Assembly (NCBI GenBank): GCA_951406725.2
Contig: OX597836.1
Coordinates: 31,062,001-31,126,000, forward strand
Source: Octopus vulgaris
Lineage: Eukaryota
DNA: 64,000 nucleotides
Direction: 5' to 3'
The notes under the pieces are model-generated. The model made no database searches. It was not told the DNA's origin and saw only the letters and a program-made list of their open reading frames with translations. The stretch's first letter is position 1; each line of letters opens with the position of its first letter. This document shows, in pieces, positions 24,763 through 37,858 of the stretch. Made by a program: the position numbers and the translations under genes.

Positions 24763-26201
24763 TATAAAAATAATAATAATAATTATTATTATTGCTATTA
24801 TTCATCCTTTTGGAAGTCATTAAAGAAGAACCAGTTGAGCATTAGGGTTAATGTAATCAACTTACCACCTCCCTTTCATCCATTTGGGGGCCGATTAAAT
24901 AAGTACCAGTTATGCACTGGGGGCAATGTAATCAACTTAATCCTATTATCTGCCCTTGTTTGTCCCTTCTGTGTTTAGCCCCCTGTGGGCAATAAAGAAA
25001 TAATAATTATTATCATGATTTTTATCACCAATTTATATTACAATAGTAAAATAGTCCTAAATATCCCCCAAAATATTATAATGTTCATGGCTGGAATATC
25101 TTTGACCATAGATCTGCTCAGAGTTCCACAACAACTTCCAACTTTTAGTAAATTTTTAATAATTTAGTAATTTTGGAAATAATTTAGTAAATTTTCTCCA
25201 ATCACTAACCTTCTTTGATATTCCAGTGAAGTTTTACTTTGGTTTATCTGACAAGAATTCTTTCTCAAAGAAAGTGAAATCAAATCATATCATAGTAATT
25301 CTTGTTTGGAACATTGGACCTTGAAGCAAACAAGCTATAAGTAATCCTTTCTACTATAAACATAAGGCCTGAAATTTTGTAGGAGGGTGCTAGTTGATCA
25401 GATCAACCTCGATACTCAACTGGTACTTATTTCGACTCTGAAAGAATGAAAAGCTAAGTTGACCTCAGTAGAATTTGAACTCAGAACGTGGAAATGAGTG
25501 AAATGCCACTAAGCATTTTGTCTGGTATGCTAACACTTCTGCCAGCTCACCACCACAGATAAGCTATAAATAACAGTGAGTAAATATTGGGTTAGAAAAA
25601 AAAAACCTGCAGGTTGCTTGTGAGACAGCGATCCATATCTCATCTGAACATGACAAGGCAGCCTTTGACTTGTTCTATCCGGAGGATTTTTTTTAATCCA
25701 ATATTTATATGCTATGATTAATAGCTTATCTGCTTCAAGAATGTGACAATGTGTGGCTTTGTGGTCAGAGTATTTCGCTCATGAGTGTAAGATCATGAGT
25801 TCAATTCACAGCGGCACGTTGTGTTCTTGAGCAAGATACTTTATTTCGTGTTGCTCCAGTGCACTCATCTGGCAACAATGAACTGTACCTGCAATTCAAA
25901 GGGCCAGCCCTGTCACATCCTGTGTCACACGGAATCTACCTGAGAACTACATTAAGGGGATGTATGTCTGAGGATATCTTAGCTACGTGTGCATTAATTT
26001 CACGAGCAGGCTAGGTTAGTTGATTGGTTCAACTAGAATCATCATCATTATCATCATAACCAATGGAGTGCCATTTTTTGGAGTTTTTTTTATCTGCTTC
26101 AAGCTCCAACGTTCCAAAAAAAATTATTATTTTATGTTCCTTTCATGTTTAAAAATTCTTATGATGTCATCAAATCACCATGTTTTACTGTATCTTTCCA
26201 G

Positions 26202-26333
26202 AAACGAACTTGAAACGGAGGAGCAGCCTAAAATTGACGAAATGTTAAAAATAAGAGACGACAACATTGTAAAGCTGGAGCATTTACTTGCCATGACGAA
26301 ACAAGAAAAAGAAATGCAATCAGTCAATAATAA
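26202..26333 (+). CDS. TBC1D2B: TBC1D2/TBC1D2B-like Rab-GAP, internal exon (coiled-coil region): NELETEEQPKIDEMLKIRDDNIVKLEHLLAMTKQEKEMQSVNN
   Basis: tatctttccag acceptor, gtaagt donor, open frame, phase 2-2, compatible with next exon; coiled-coil-like composition. Confidence 0.8.
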
Positions 26334-26596
26334 GTAAGTAATCACTCGAGCTATTTAAGAATTCTTTAATACTTTTATTGGTCCCAGTATTGGATGGACG
26401 ATTAAGCAAAAAATAAGCAGATTATTGAAGGCGGCGAGCTGGCAGAAACGTTAGCATGCCAGGTGAAACGTCTAGCAGTATTTCATCTGCTGTTATGTTC
26501 TGAGTTCAAATTCTGCCGAGGTCGACTTTGCCACAACTAATCTCCTTGCCAACATTAACTACCATTATAGTCTCCTTGCCAATACAGACCACCACT

Positions 26597-27372
26597 ATGA
26601 AGTGGGTGCTGAAAAGTTGCTGGTTTTGGGTAAAAGAAAATACAGGAGGATCAATTAATTATGATTTAATTTAGCACAAGCAAAACGCTCCCCTTCCAAT
26701 GGATGGTGCTGAGTTGTCAAACATTTAAACCAAATTTTCTCAAAACAATTTGTCCGACCGACCCATAGGCCTCCCCTTTGAGAAACACTGATTTAACCTA
26801 AATTTGAGACACCAGCAAAAGAAGAAATAAAGATAGACTTTTTTTCTATTCCAAAGAAAAATGGTTTTATTCACACAAATATGCAATTGAAGAGTTTAAA
26901 GCACCTGCAAATGATAAGGCTGTTGACTGGGAGAACACAAACATGGTTTAAACAGTAAGCTTGGCAGGAAAGAAACGTGCCTTTAAGCAGTACAAAAACC
27001 ACAAAAAAATGGAAGGTGCAGTTATGTACAGGTTGATGGAAGAAAAGCAGGACAAAAACGGCTTTATCGATCGCATTCTCACCTGGGATCGATTTTTGTA
27101 ATTTTTTCAAGACTTATACATGCCCTGATTCCGTTGGTATCTACATATCAAATTTGAGCGTAATCGGATGGAGGATGCCTGAGATCCAATAAGACACACA
27201 CACACAGACAGAACGGATTTTATATAAGAGATATTCCCTTCTCAGATTCACACACTTATGGCAGCAGTGCCTCAGTTTTTCTAAGCCCTGTAAAAGAACT
27301 CACAAGGCTAGGCCACCAGCCAGGCCTTTCATGATACCCTTAAAGCCAGGAACTTTTCAACACCTCCTCATA
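26597..27372. mobile_element. Mariner-type MITE interrupted by a Helitron-like insertion
   Basis: Terminal inverted repeats tatgaagtgggtgctgaaaagttgctgg / ccaggaacttttcaacacctcctcata with TA ends. Confidence 0.6.
26677..27231 (-). mobile_element. Non-autonomous Helitron-like element
   Basis: - strand starts a|TCtcttatataaaa, ends CTTG|t; interrupts the surrounding MITE. Confidence 0.55.
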
Positions 27373-28262
27373 CTCCCCTAGTCAACACACACCACCATTA
27401 TAGTCTCCTTGCCCATACAGACCACCACTACTCACCTAATCAACACAAGCCACCTCTAATCTTCTTAAATTCTTGTGATTATATTTAATGGTCATTATAC
27501 ATTGATACTTCAGTGTATTGATTTCCCACAAGTTATTCTTAATTGTTGCATTCTGTATGAACATGTCTATCTTGTCTTTTCCTTTTCCTTTCCTTTTATC
27601 TTTCTCTCTCTCTGCCCCCCCCCCTCCGTCTCTCTCTTTCTCATTCTCTTTTCTTTTCTCTTTCCATCTTAGAGATATAGCTGGCTAAATTTTCTAGTAC
27701 ACTATCATTACAGAATTACTCAATAAGTATAGGATTAACACTCTTTGTAGCAATCTTCTAGGGTTACCCCAGGGCTATAGTAGAAAACACTTGTCCAAAG
27801 TGCCCCGCAGTGGGACTGAATCTGGAACCATGTGCAAACTTCATAACCACATAAGCATGTCTGCACCTTGAGTGAACTTCTTAAGCTTGCAGTTGTGTCT
27901 TGATGGAGTAATGTCGGCAAAAGGTTGTAATGTTTCCGTCGGTGAATCTCTGCCAATCAACCTAAAGGTTTTCTTTTATGTGTGGTCAAGGATGTTAGAG
28001 TGACAAACAGTAGCAACACAATTTCAGGTTGGAGCAAAGTACCACAGATCCTTCCTCTTGTCCTAAACCACGGGCAATGTCTTCTCCTATGGCCCTGGGT
28101 TAATCAAAGCTGGATTTTATAGACAGAAACTCAAAGTGTGTTGTATACATACATACATAGATACATACATACATACATACATACATACACACATACACAC
28201 ATACATATATACACACATACACATACACACATACATACACACACATACATACACACTCATAC

Positions 28263-28707
28263 ATGCTGCCATTGATTAGCTCCAAGAGGCCATCACCTCT
28301 AGCTAGCTATGTGACACACGAACCTGTGTCCATTATAACCTTTGAACAGGGGCGGTCAGCTGCTTCCCCTTACTGGTCAGGCATCTGCAGACTAGTTTGA
28401 GGTATTTGCCCTTTATCGATGCAGAGCAGCCAAACCCAGCAGGCGTCGCTACTGACCATCTTTTTGAAGGATTATTTACCTAAATTCAGTGGAATACAGC
28501 CACTGGTTTTCAAAAATAGAAATATTAATATTTCTAAGTCTCTCTAAAGGAAACTACGGCAGCGGTACTGGATATTAATAGTTATTGCTAAGCTAATATG
28601 GTAGTCCATAAATGTAGGACTGCCATATTAGCTTGGCGATAACTATTAATATCCAGTACCGCTGCCGTCGTCTCCTTTAGAGAGACTTAGAAATATTAAT
28701 ATTTCTA
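28263..28707 (-). mobile_element. Penelope-like element: pLTR segment with degenerate hammerhead (28384-28425) plus ~190-bp hairpin (28517-28707)
   Basis: Homologous to 36612-36929 in inverted orientation; hairpin arms about 91 bp. Confidence 0.6.
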
Positions 28708-29171
28708 ATTCTTTAAGAGTTATAGTTTTACTTTTCATTCTTCTGGATTCAATAAAAAGGTATCAGTATTTTACTGGGGTAATGATTCAATAACTCAACC
28801 AGTGCTTTTTTATGTGGCACCAGTACCCAAATCAATGCTCTTTACATGGTGGCTTGGTTTTAGGATTTCGATTCTGTTGTGGTGGGCTCCTTTTAGAATT
28901 GGCATTGTGCCTAGACAGCTTTATTTCTACGTTCTCAATAAATTATACTGCATTGAACTAATAAGATGATTTCTGCATGGTTACTCAGCTTACTAATAAT
29001 AGCAGATACATTCTACCATATTGCATCCTATCATCTTTAAAATTGAGGTTTATTGGACAATGTAGTTATTCATGATATAGAAATATATGTAATGGCTATA
29101 GCTGGAATTCTATTGACCATGGATCTTCTTAGTCAAGATCTATGATTGTGTTCCCAGTCAGAATTGATCTA

Positions 29172-29737
29172 TTGAGTTGTCCAGAAAGTTCATGCCGATT
29201 TTTAAAGGAAAGAAAAAGGTCAATAAATACTTGCCATTACATTTTTAATCAACCAAATATGAACCATTTTGTTGCACAATGCATCTCCATCTTTCCTTTA
29301 ACTTGAAAATACCCTCTTCCCAGAATTGAGCTGGTTTCATGGCAAAGAATTCATCAAGATATCTTTTTATGTTATCTAAGGAATTGAAATTTTTACCATT
29401 AAGACTATTCTGCAGAGACCTGAATAAGTGGAAATCCGAAGGAGCAATATCTGGTGAATATGGAGGGTGGGGTAACACATCCCAGCCGAGCTGCAGCCAT
29501 TTTTGTTTGGTTCCCAAAGCATCAAGTGCCGAAAATGAACTTTCTTATCTTCCATTTTAAAGGGTTACAGAATTAAGACAGGTTATAGGAACATAAATCT
29601 TCTTCCAGGAAAAGATAGCTTAAACTGTGCTCTAAATAGAGGTGTAGTCAAATCCTATTTTATGGACTCAACCATGTTCTAAAATAAGTCGAAAGGTAAG
29701 CTGCTATAAATCGGCACAATCTTTCCAGACAACCCAA
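29172..29737 (-). mobile_element. Internally deleted mariner transposon, copy 1
   Basis: ~29-bp TIRs, TA target duplication, WDVLPHPPYSPDIAPSDFHLFRSLQNSL motif. Confidence 0.92.
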
Positions 29738-30718
29738 TAGCTGGTCTAGCTATTGTGCTCACAAAAGCATGGATATATATTTAAATAGTTTGTGTTGGAA
29801 TTTACATTATTTCAGGTTTGTTTAGTTCCACAGTAAGTAACATTGAAAAAGTGTCTTCTGGTATAAACTCAAATTAAAGTGATTGACTGAAATTTGAAAG
29901 CAGAAGCCATGTAGAAACACATCAGGCTGTACTTGTTTTCAGGTGATAGACTTAATCTGTTGCCCAGTGGAGCTCTCATCAGGTTTGTTCGTCAGGGTGA
30001 TGAGAGCCATCTAGTCATCCTTAACGATGACTGATGACTTGTGTGGTGATTTTTGTATAAAGTGAAGAGTTGTGCACCATCAACCTCACTCCCATCCATG
30101 ACCATCTTCAATCCAGTGGCAAGACCAGGTGATGATGACTAGGGACGGAGATGGATGCTGTGGATGACCAAAATGTCTTACCTTATCTCACTTTCTGCAC
30201 CCCACAATGCATTGCTGCAGCTACCTTCCTCTCTGGTGGACCTTGCTGTTTCTTCTTCGGAATCTGCCACACTTGCATAAGTAGGCAAGCCCTAATATGC
30301 TAATTGACCCATAGTTGGGACCCTGACAGCTGTTATTCCTGGTCAGAGTAGACCTGGGAACAACAGTTCCATATTGCTCAGAAACCTGGAAACTCCTAGG
30401 AACAACAGTAGACCTGGGAACAATAGTTCCATACTCCTCAGAAACCCTGGAATCTCCCAAACCAGGGCCCCACTAACAGATGCTGTTTAACCCTTTAGCA
30501 TTCAGATTACTATGTCAAATGTAATGCTTATTCATTTTTATTGTTTTGAATTAATCATGCATTATCTTATAACTTCAATATTTCAACGGTGTGTTTGTAT
30601 ATTTTTAGAATGACATTGTAGGGTAGGTATGAGGGGTTGAATCTAGTCAGTTTTAACATAAGAGAGGTAGAATGTTTGGGCTGCATATGCCCAGATTAAA
30701 TGCTAACGGATTAAAGTC

Positions 30719-31128
30719 GGATCTTTTCGGTTTGAACGGCAGTTTTTTCTAGCGGTGTCATATGAAATTGTCACCCATAATTATGACCCTAGTATCAATC
30801 TATTGCATTTCAATCTATTTTAGGGTTAGGGGTGGGGGGAAGGGTATCTTTTTTTCTTCACAAATGTAAATAAACCCAATCTGTTTCTTAAACGAGGGAC
30901 ATATTCATACGACACAGAATGTTTTCACCTCAATAGACGGTCATTGATTGGTTGAAATTGCCGAAATGCAAGAAATTAAAGACCAAATATCTTACAAACT
31001 ATAGAATTTTCTCAATAAAGCCAAGAGAAAAAGATGTTTTATAAACACACTCTACCAGTATACGAAGTTTAAAATTTTTAGTTACCTAGAAATTATGTTA
31101 AAAACTGCCATTCAAACCGAAAAGATCC
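30719..31128. mobile_element. Non-autonomous DNA transposon with GGATC-starting TIRs and 8-bp TSD
   Basis: TIR ggatcttttcggtttgaacggcagtttt / aaaactgccattcaaaccgaaaagatcc; TSD ttaaagtc both sides. Confidence 0.85.
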
Positions 31129-31649
31129 TTAAAGTCAAACTCAGGACTAAGTTTAGTACTAACAGCTAATCCTTTACAGTGTTTAGTGGAGATTACGCTA
31201 TTTGAAATATTTGGACCCGGTCTCTGGTCTGGGAACAGCTTAGTATCTTAATGTTCTGCTTCCTACTGTCGTAACCTCTGAATATGGTTTCCTATACCTT
31301 ATCTCACCAGTCTCTAAGGCCCTCCAAAACTGAGGCATTGTCCTTCCTCCTCTGGCTGTGTCATGTAAAAATATGCCAAAAGAAATCCTTATTTCCACAA
31401 TTTCAATTAACTATGCTCCAAACAAGGGAGCCTCTCCATGCTTATGCAACCTGCTAGAAATAGCAGCCAAATCTTTCTTATATTATACCCCTCCAATTTA
31501 AAAAAATAACACAGGGGCAAAGAATATATTAGATAATATACTTTTGGATACTACTAAAAAGGTGGATTGTTCTCAGCTGGAATGTCTTTGATCATGTTTG
31601 CCCCATCAAGAATTACTTGGGGTTCAATAATATCAATAACTATACCTAT

Positions 31650-31878
31650 TTCTTTACTACCCATAAGGGGCTAAACACAGAGGGGACAAACAAGGACAGA
31701 CAAATGGATTAAGTCGATTATATCGACCCCAGTGCGTTACTGGTACTTATTTAATCGACCCCGAAAGGATGAAAGGCAAAGTTGACCTCGGCGGAATTTG
31801 AACTCAGAACGTAACGGCAGACAAAATACGGCTACGCATTTCGCCTGGCGTGCTAACGTTTCTGCCAGCTCGCCACCT
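31650..31878 (-). mobile_element. tRNA-derived Deu/Nin-like SINE with target-site duplication
   Basis: Family match; tcaataactatacc repeated on both flanks. Confidence 0.85.
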
Positions 31879-31989
31879 TTCAATAACTATACCAACACTC
31901 CTATTATAATATTTATCATTGAGCCTCATTAAAAGATATCCCTATTTCTGTCATTATTTCTCTTGCTTTTTTTTTTTTTTTTTTTTTAG

Positions 31990-32203
31990 AAAAACACTGA
32001 ATGAAAATGAAGCGTTGCAGTTGCAAGTGAAGAAATTACAAGATGAAGTGAAAGAAAAGGAAGAGTACATAACTCAACAGGCCAAACAGCTGGAGCAACT
32101 AGCAAAGACAAACCAGAAGGATTCCCTAGTCACTTGGTATAACGACGAGAGTGTCACAACTAAAACCCTCAGTGATAACTTCCGGAGGATTGAAACACTG
32201 AAT
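31990..32203 (+). CDS. TBC1D2B: TBC1D2B-like exon: KTLNENEALQLQVKKLQDEVKEKEEYITQQAKQLEQLAK...RRIETLN
   Basis: poly-T+ag acceptor, gtaaga donor, phase 2-0, heptad-rich coiled coil. Confidence 0.87.
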
Positions 32204-32231
32204 GTAAGAATTCATTTCTAAATATTCTAAA

Positions 32232-32624
32232 CTAGCAGTATCGCCCGGCGTTGCTCGGGTTTGTAAGGGAAATAACTATATAAGCATTTTTAGAGATGTA
32301 AAGTATAATAGCCATCTCAATATGGCTAAACACAAAGGGGGGGTTACTGTAGCTTTTTACGTTCTGAGATTTAATAATAAATTTTTAGAGAGTTACTTCC
32401 ATATATATGCCAAAAATGCATTAAAAATGGAAAAAATTGATGGTAATTTTTTTTTTAAATCGTAGACTCATCATAGACGCACGCTAATACCCAGAAGGGC
32501 TCGATATGAATCACGACTATAAGATACCTGGTTTTGGTTAAACTGCACCGCAAAATGTGGGAGTAGTTAGGAATCTAAATCGTAAGAGACAGACAGCACA
32601 CAACCTTACTTTTATATATAAAGA
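32232..32624 (-). mobile_element. Non-autonomous Helitron
   Basis: - strand a|TCtttatatataaaag ... cccgagcaacgccggg hairpin ... CTAG|t. Confidence 0.75.
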
Positions 32625-32814
32625 TTATTAACTCTTTTACTGCAGAAATCTGATACAGTCACCCAAAATTTCATGAGCCTTAACTGCAGAAAGCAGTTCT
32701 GTAAAGCAATCTTACCTTTTGTTGAGGAATGTCCTGTTTGAAACTATTTTCTATTGTGTATGTCAAGTTTATCGAGGCAACATGACTTACAGAAAATACC
32801 AGTTCTGTTTTTTG

Positions 32815-33215
32815 TGGCTGTGTGGTAAGTAGCTTGCTTACCAACCACATGGTTCCGGGTTCAGTCCCACTGCGTAGCACGTTGGGCAAGTGTCTTCTAC
32901 TATAGCCCCGGGCCGACCAAAGCCTTGTGAGTGGATTTGGTAGACGGAAACTGAAAGAAGCCTGTCGTATATATGTATATTTATGTATATGTGCATGCGT
33001 GTGTGTTTGTGTGTCTGCGTTTGTCCCCCTAGCATTGCTTGACAACCGATGCTGGTGTGTTTATGTCCCCGTCACTTAGCGGTTTGGCAAAAGAGACCGA
33101 TAGAATAAGTACTGGGCTTACAAAGAATAAGTCCCGGGGTCGAGTTGCTCGACTAAAGGCGGTGCTCCAGCATGGCCACAGTCAAATGACTGAAACTAGT
33201 AAAAAAGAAAAAAAA
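32815..33215 (+). mobile_element. tRNA-derived SINE (11564 family)
   Basis: Near-identical to other copies; an older copy follows at 33363-33793. Confidence 0.85.
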
Positions 33216-33876
33216 AAAGAAAGAAAATGATAATAATGAAATTATTGGTGGAGGCGCAATGGCCCAGTGGTTAGGGCAGCGGACTCACGGTGGTGGTGGT
33301 GGTGGTTGTGATGACTGGATTTGTATATTATTCAGTATGAAATATGAAATACCAAAACGTATAGGTGCAGGCATGACTGTGTGGTAAGAAGCTTGCTTCC
33401 CAACCACATGGTTCCAGGTTCAGTCTCACTGCATGGCGCCTTGGGCAATTGTTGTTTTCTATAGCCTCAGGCCAACCAAAGACTTGTGAGTGGATTTGGT
33501 AGATGGAAACTGAAAGAAGCCTGTCATATATATATACATAGAAATATTTGATGTATATGTGTGTGTGTTTTTGTGCATATGTTTGTCCCCTACCACCACC
33601 ACCACCACCATTGCTTGACAACTGATTTTGGTGTGTCTACATCTCCATAACTTAGCGGTTCAGCAAAAGAGACCGATAGAATTAGTACCAGGCTTACAAA
33701 GAATAGATCCTGGGATCAGTTTCTTCGACTCAAAGGCAGTGCTCCAGCATGGCCACCGTCAAATGACTGAAACAAGTAAACGAATAAAAGAATATAATTT
33801 CTGATTATACCTACCTCCTAATTGATTGATTGACCAAATCCAGCCAAATTTTCAATTACCCTTCTACTAAGAGTAA

Positions 33877-34116
33877 TTAACCCTTTAGTATTTAAACCGG
33901 CCATATCCGGCCAAAATAGCTAATCTGTTTTATGTTCAAACTGACTAGATCCACTGACTAGATCCAGTCTCTCACACCTACCCTACAATGTTATTCTACA
34001 TTAAGTAATTACACCATCAAGATCTTGAAGGTATGAGATAATGCATGATTAATTCAAATCAATGGGAATCAATAAGCATTATGTTTGATAGAATAATCTG
34101 AACACTAAAGGGTTAA
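33877..34116. mobile_element. piggyBac-like MITE
   Basis: ttaa-ccctttag ... ctaaaggg-ttaa; matches 3076-3298. Confidence 0.8.
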
Positions 34117-34268
34117 AGATTTGACAGGATATTTCTGATTTCTGCCATAAAAGGGTCAAAACTGTGATTAATCCTGACAATTCTAAAATTTTTTTTTTTT
34201 TCTGTGAGTGAAATTTCATTTTTTTTTTTTAATTACATTTACTAAACAATCCTTTCTCTTTACCTCAG

Positions 34269-34375
34269 GATATGGTTCGGGCTTATGAAATGCAGAACAA
34301 ATTTCTTAGCATAGAAATTCTTGAGCTCAATGAACTGAGACAGCAATGTGAGAAACGAGAGAAAATACTCAGCAT
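34269..34375 (+). CDS. TBC1D2B: TBC1D2B-like exon: DMVRAYEMQNKFLSIEILELNELRQQCEKREKILS
   Basis: cctcag acceptor, gtaagt donor, phase 0-2; resembles the recalled TBC1D2/2B motif YxxQNKFLxxEILEL. Confidence 0.92.
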
Positions 34376-34526
34376 GTAAGTTATCGTAACTTTTACATTT
34401 TTCAGTGTTTCATTCTCTCTCTCTCTCTCTCAATGAGGTTGTGATTGTTCCCTTGGTAACAACTGTAAAGAAATATCACTGATGCCTGTGCGATGGGCTT
34501 ACTTTCCATTGAGTGGTAACCATACA

Positions 34527-34915
34527 TGGGGTCGCAATGGCCCAGTGGTTAGGGCAGGGGACTTGCGGTCATAGGATTGCGGTTTCGATTCCCAGTCCGG
34601 ACGTTGTGAGTGTTTATTGAGCGAAAACACCTAAAGCTCCACGAGGCTCCGGCAGGGGATGGTGGTGATCCCTGCTGTACTCTTTCACCACAACTTTCTT
34701 TCACTCTTACTTCCTGTTTCTGTTGTACCTGTATTTCAAAGGGCCGGCCTTGTCACTCTCTGTGTCACGCTGAATATCCCCGAGAACTACGTTATGGGTA
34801 CATGTATCTGTGGAGTGCTCAGCCACTTACACGTTAATTTCACGAGCAGGCTGTTCCGTTGATCGGATCAACCAGAACCCTCGTCGTCGTAACCGACGGA
34901 GTGCTTCCATCCAAC
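34527..34915 (+). mobile_element. tRNA-derived SINE (24458 head family)
   Basis: A/B boxes; aaccatacat repeated on both flanks. Confidence 0.8.
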
Positions 34916-35929
34916 CATACATATGTCTTTTATTGTTCATTTTTTTTACTTGTTTCTGTCATTAGACTGCAGCCATGCTGGAGCACCACTTTGAACAATT
35001 TTTAGTTTAATTTTTTTTTAAGCCTACTACTTATTCTATCAGTGCCAAACCACTAAGTTACAGGATGTAAACACACCGACACTGATTGTCAAGTAGTGGT
35101 GGGGGGGGGGGACAAACACACACACACATATACAGAATGGGCTTCTTTCAGTTTCCATCTACCAAATCCACTCACAAGGATTTGGTCAGCCCATGGCTGT
35201 AGTAGAAGACATTTGTCCAAGGCACCACACTGACGATGACGATGATGAAGATGATGCTGATGATGGTGGTGATGATGATGATGATGCTGATGATGCTTTT
35301 GATGATGGTGACGATAATGATGACGAGGATGATTACGACAATTCTGATGACGCTGATGATGGTGATGATGATGATGATGACAATGCTGATGGTGATGATG
35401 ATGATGATGATGACAATGCTGATGACGCTGATGATGGTGATGATGATGGACGATGATGATGGTGGCTATGCTGATGATATCATCCCTGAACTACCCACCA
35501 TCTGGCAATGTCAGAGTTCAACTTCTTAAAATTCACATGATTCATTAGCGAACTTTGGTAATTCGCTTCTACTTCCCTTCCGACAATAGCGAGTGAAATC
35601 TTCCAATGCTTGCTGCAATCAATATTATTTCTATCCTTCGCATCCCACACGGTTTAAAATCAACAATTAAACACATTTAAACCGTGAAGAAGGCAAATTA
35701 AAAACAAACTTATTTACACAATCGTAATGATGTTTGTTTGCGTGTACAATTTTATTTTTGTTTTTGGTTTTTGGTTTTTGGTTTTTATTCTTTCCTTTTT
35801 CCTCTTAAAGATACTTTTATGCATACCTTTTGTAATAACACTTGTAGTTGGCATATGAAATGTCAAAGAGACATGTGATGTGTATGCTTTGCAATATTAA
35901 TTAGTTTGACAATCATCATCATTATTATT

Positions 35930-35992
<63 letters not shown>

Positions 35993-36611
35993 TTATTATC
36001 GTTATTATCATCATCATTATTATTACTATTATTATCATCATTATTATTATTATTATTATTATCATCATCATCATCATCATCATTATTATCGTTACTATTA
36101 TTGTTGTTGTTGTTGAATTGTTAGCGTGCTGGATGAAATGCTTAGCAGTATTTTGACTGTCATTATGTTCAGAGTTCAAATTCCGCTGAGGTCGACTTTA
36201 TCTTTCATCCTTTCAGGGTTGATAAATTAAGTACCAGTGAAACACTGGGGGGGATGGGCGGTCAATGTAATCGACTAGTCCCCGCCCAACAAATTTCAGG
36301 CATTGTGCCTATAGTAGAAAAGATTATTATTATTAATGCTAATAATAACAGCAATAATAATAATGGTTTCACATTTTGCCACAAGGGCAGCAATTTTGGG
36401 CAGGGAGGGGATGAGTCGATTATATTGACCCCAGTGTTCAACTGGTACTTATTTTATAGACCCTGAAAGGATGAAAGGCAAAGTTGACCTCGGTGGAATT
36501 TTAACTCAGAACGTAGTAACAGGCGAAAATACCATTAGGCATTTTGCCTGGCATGCTAACGTTTCTACCAGCTTGCTGCCTTAATAGTAATAATAATAAT
36601 TATAATAATAA

Positions 36612-36927
36612 TAGAAATATCATTATTTCTAATTCTCTCTAAAGGAGACTACGGCAGCGGTACTGGATATTAATAGTTATCGCCAAGCTAACATGGCATT
36701 CCAAATAAATAGGATGGCTACTCCACACTGATAAGAGGCAAACACCTTGAAACTAGTCTGTGGATGCCAGACCAGCAAGGGGAAGCTGCTGACCTCCCCT
36801 GTTCGAAGGTTATAATGGACACAGGTTTGTGTGTCACATAGCTAGCTAGAGGCGATGGCCTCTCGGAGTTAATCAATGGCAGCATTCGTCCTATTTATTT
36901 GGACTGCCATGTTAGCTTGGTGATAAC

Positions 36928-36929
<2 letters not shown>
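36612..36929 (+). mobile_element. Penelope-like element with inverted ends and minimal type I hammerhead (36722-36764)
   Basis: tccaca CTGATAA gagg caaaca cctt GAAA ctag TC tgtgga; ~40-bp inverted repeat 36676-36716/36888-36927. Confidence 0.65.
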
Positions 36930-36959
<30 letters not shown>

Positions 36960-36960
36960 G

Positions 36961-37210
36961 TAATTCAAAAGATAGTACTCATGGGAACTGCTCATATCCT
37001 ACACAAAATACTTTCTATGTAATCTCAAGTTTTAAAACAAACATAATTTTTGTATGTTTTTTTTTAGACATTCACTAGTACAACACTAAATACAAAACCA
37101 AATATATGGCACACTAGGCATAACAACAACACTAACTTCCATCCTGTTGTCTCTTGAGGTCTCTGGGTGAGACTTGGAGCTAACTTGTACAAATATAAAG
37201 CAAAAGTCAA

Positions 37211-37215
<5 letters not shown>
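36961..37215 (+). mobile_element. R4/Dong-clade LINE 3' end
   Basis: IQKIVLMGTAHILHKILSM* C-terminus then 3' UTR, flanked by (AAT)n on both sides. Confidence 0.65.
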
Positions 37216-37244
<29 letters not shown>

Positions 37245-37639
37245 GTAATTGCACATTGTTTTGTTTTGGTGTAAAAGATGGGCTACAGCAAATATTCTGC
37301 TCAATACCACAGATTTGCTTGTCAGTTGCTTCATCTTAACCAGTTGAGCATGTCGCTTAGTGGTTGGCAATATGTACATCTCTGATCACAAGCAGTAGTT
37401 GGGGAGCATCACAGCCTTAAACAACCCTTTTGAGTGGGATGGGCTACTTGACATGAAGCAACTTCTAACTGGGCCCCACCTGCAAGGTCATGCACTATTT
37501 ATCTTGATATAAAATCACCATGTTGCACACATATGTTTGTGATGCAGGTGCCTGGTGTACCTTTATCAGACAGGTAGTAATGATGGGTATACTGGGCTTT
37601 GTATATTTGTATTCCAGTGTCACTTTGATGGCATGCACT

Positions 37640-37858
37640 GCTAAGGAGATTGGAATAGAATGCCTGGTAGAGCTCCTACAGAAAGTTTGTCTCTTAGGGA
37701 CTGCAAGGATTGTCAGGAGGGCTGGAGGGTTTTAAACACTTAAAAGACTACTGAAAACTCATGGATACCTAAGGTTACAGGTAGTAACCCACTACCCATA
37801 TAAATCCCACCAGGAATAAGACTGAACCTGAGTCAAACCAAATAATAATAATAATAAT
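37640..37858 (+). mobile_element. R4/Dong-clade LINE 3' end, different subfamily
   Basis: ELLQKVCLLGTARIVRR motif, (AAT)n tail. Confidence 0.6.

Noticed and set aside
29245-29517. SETMAR-like or functional transposase gene
   Set aside because: Only the C-terminal fragment within an internally deleted element; DNA-binding and first catalytic regions are missing
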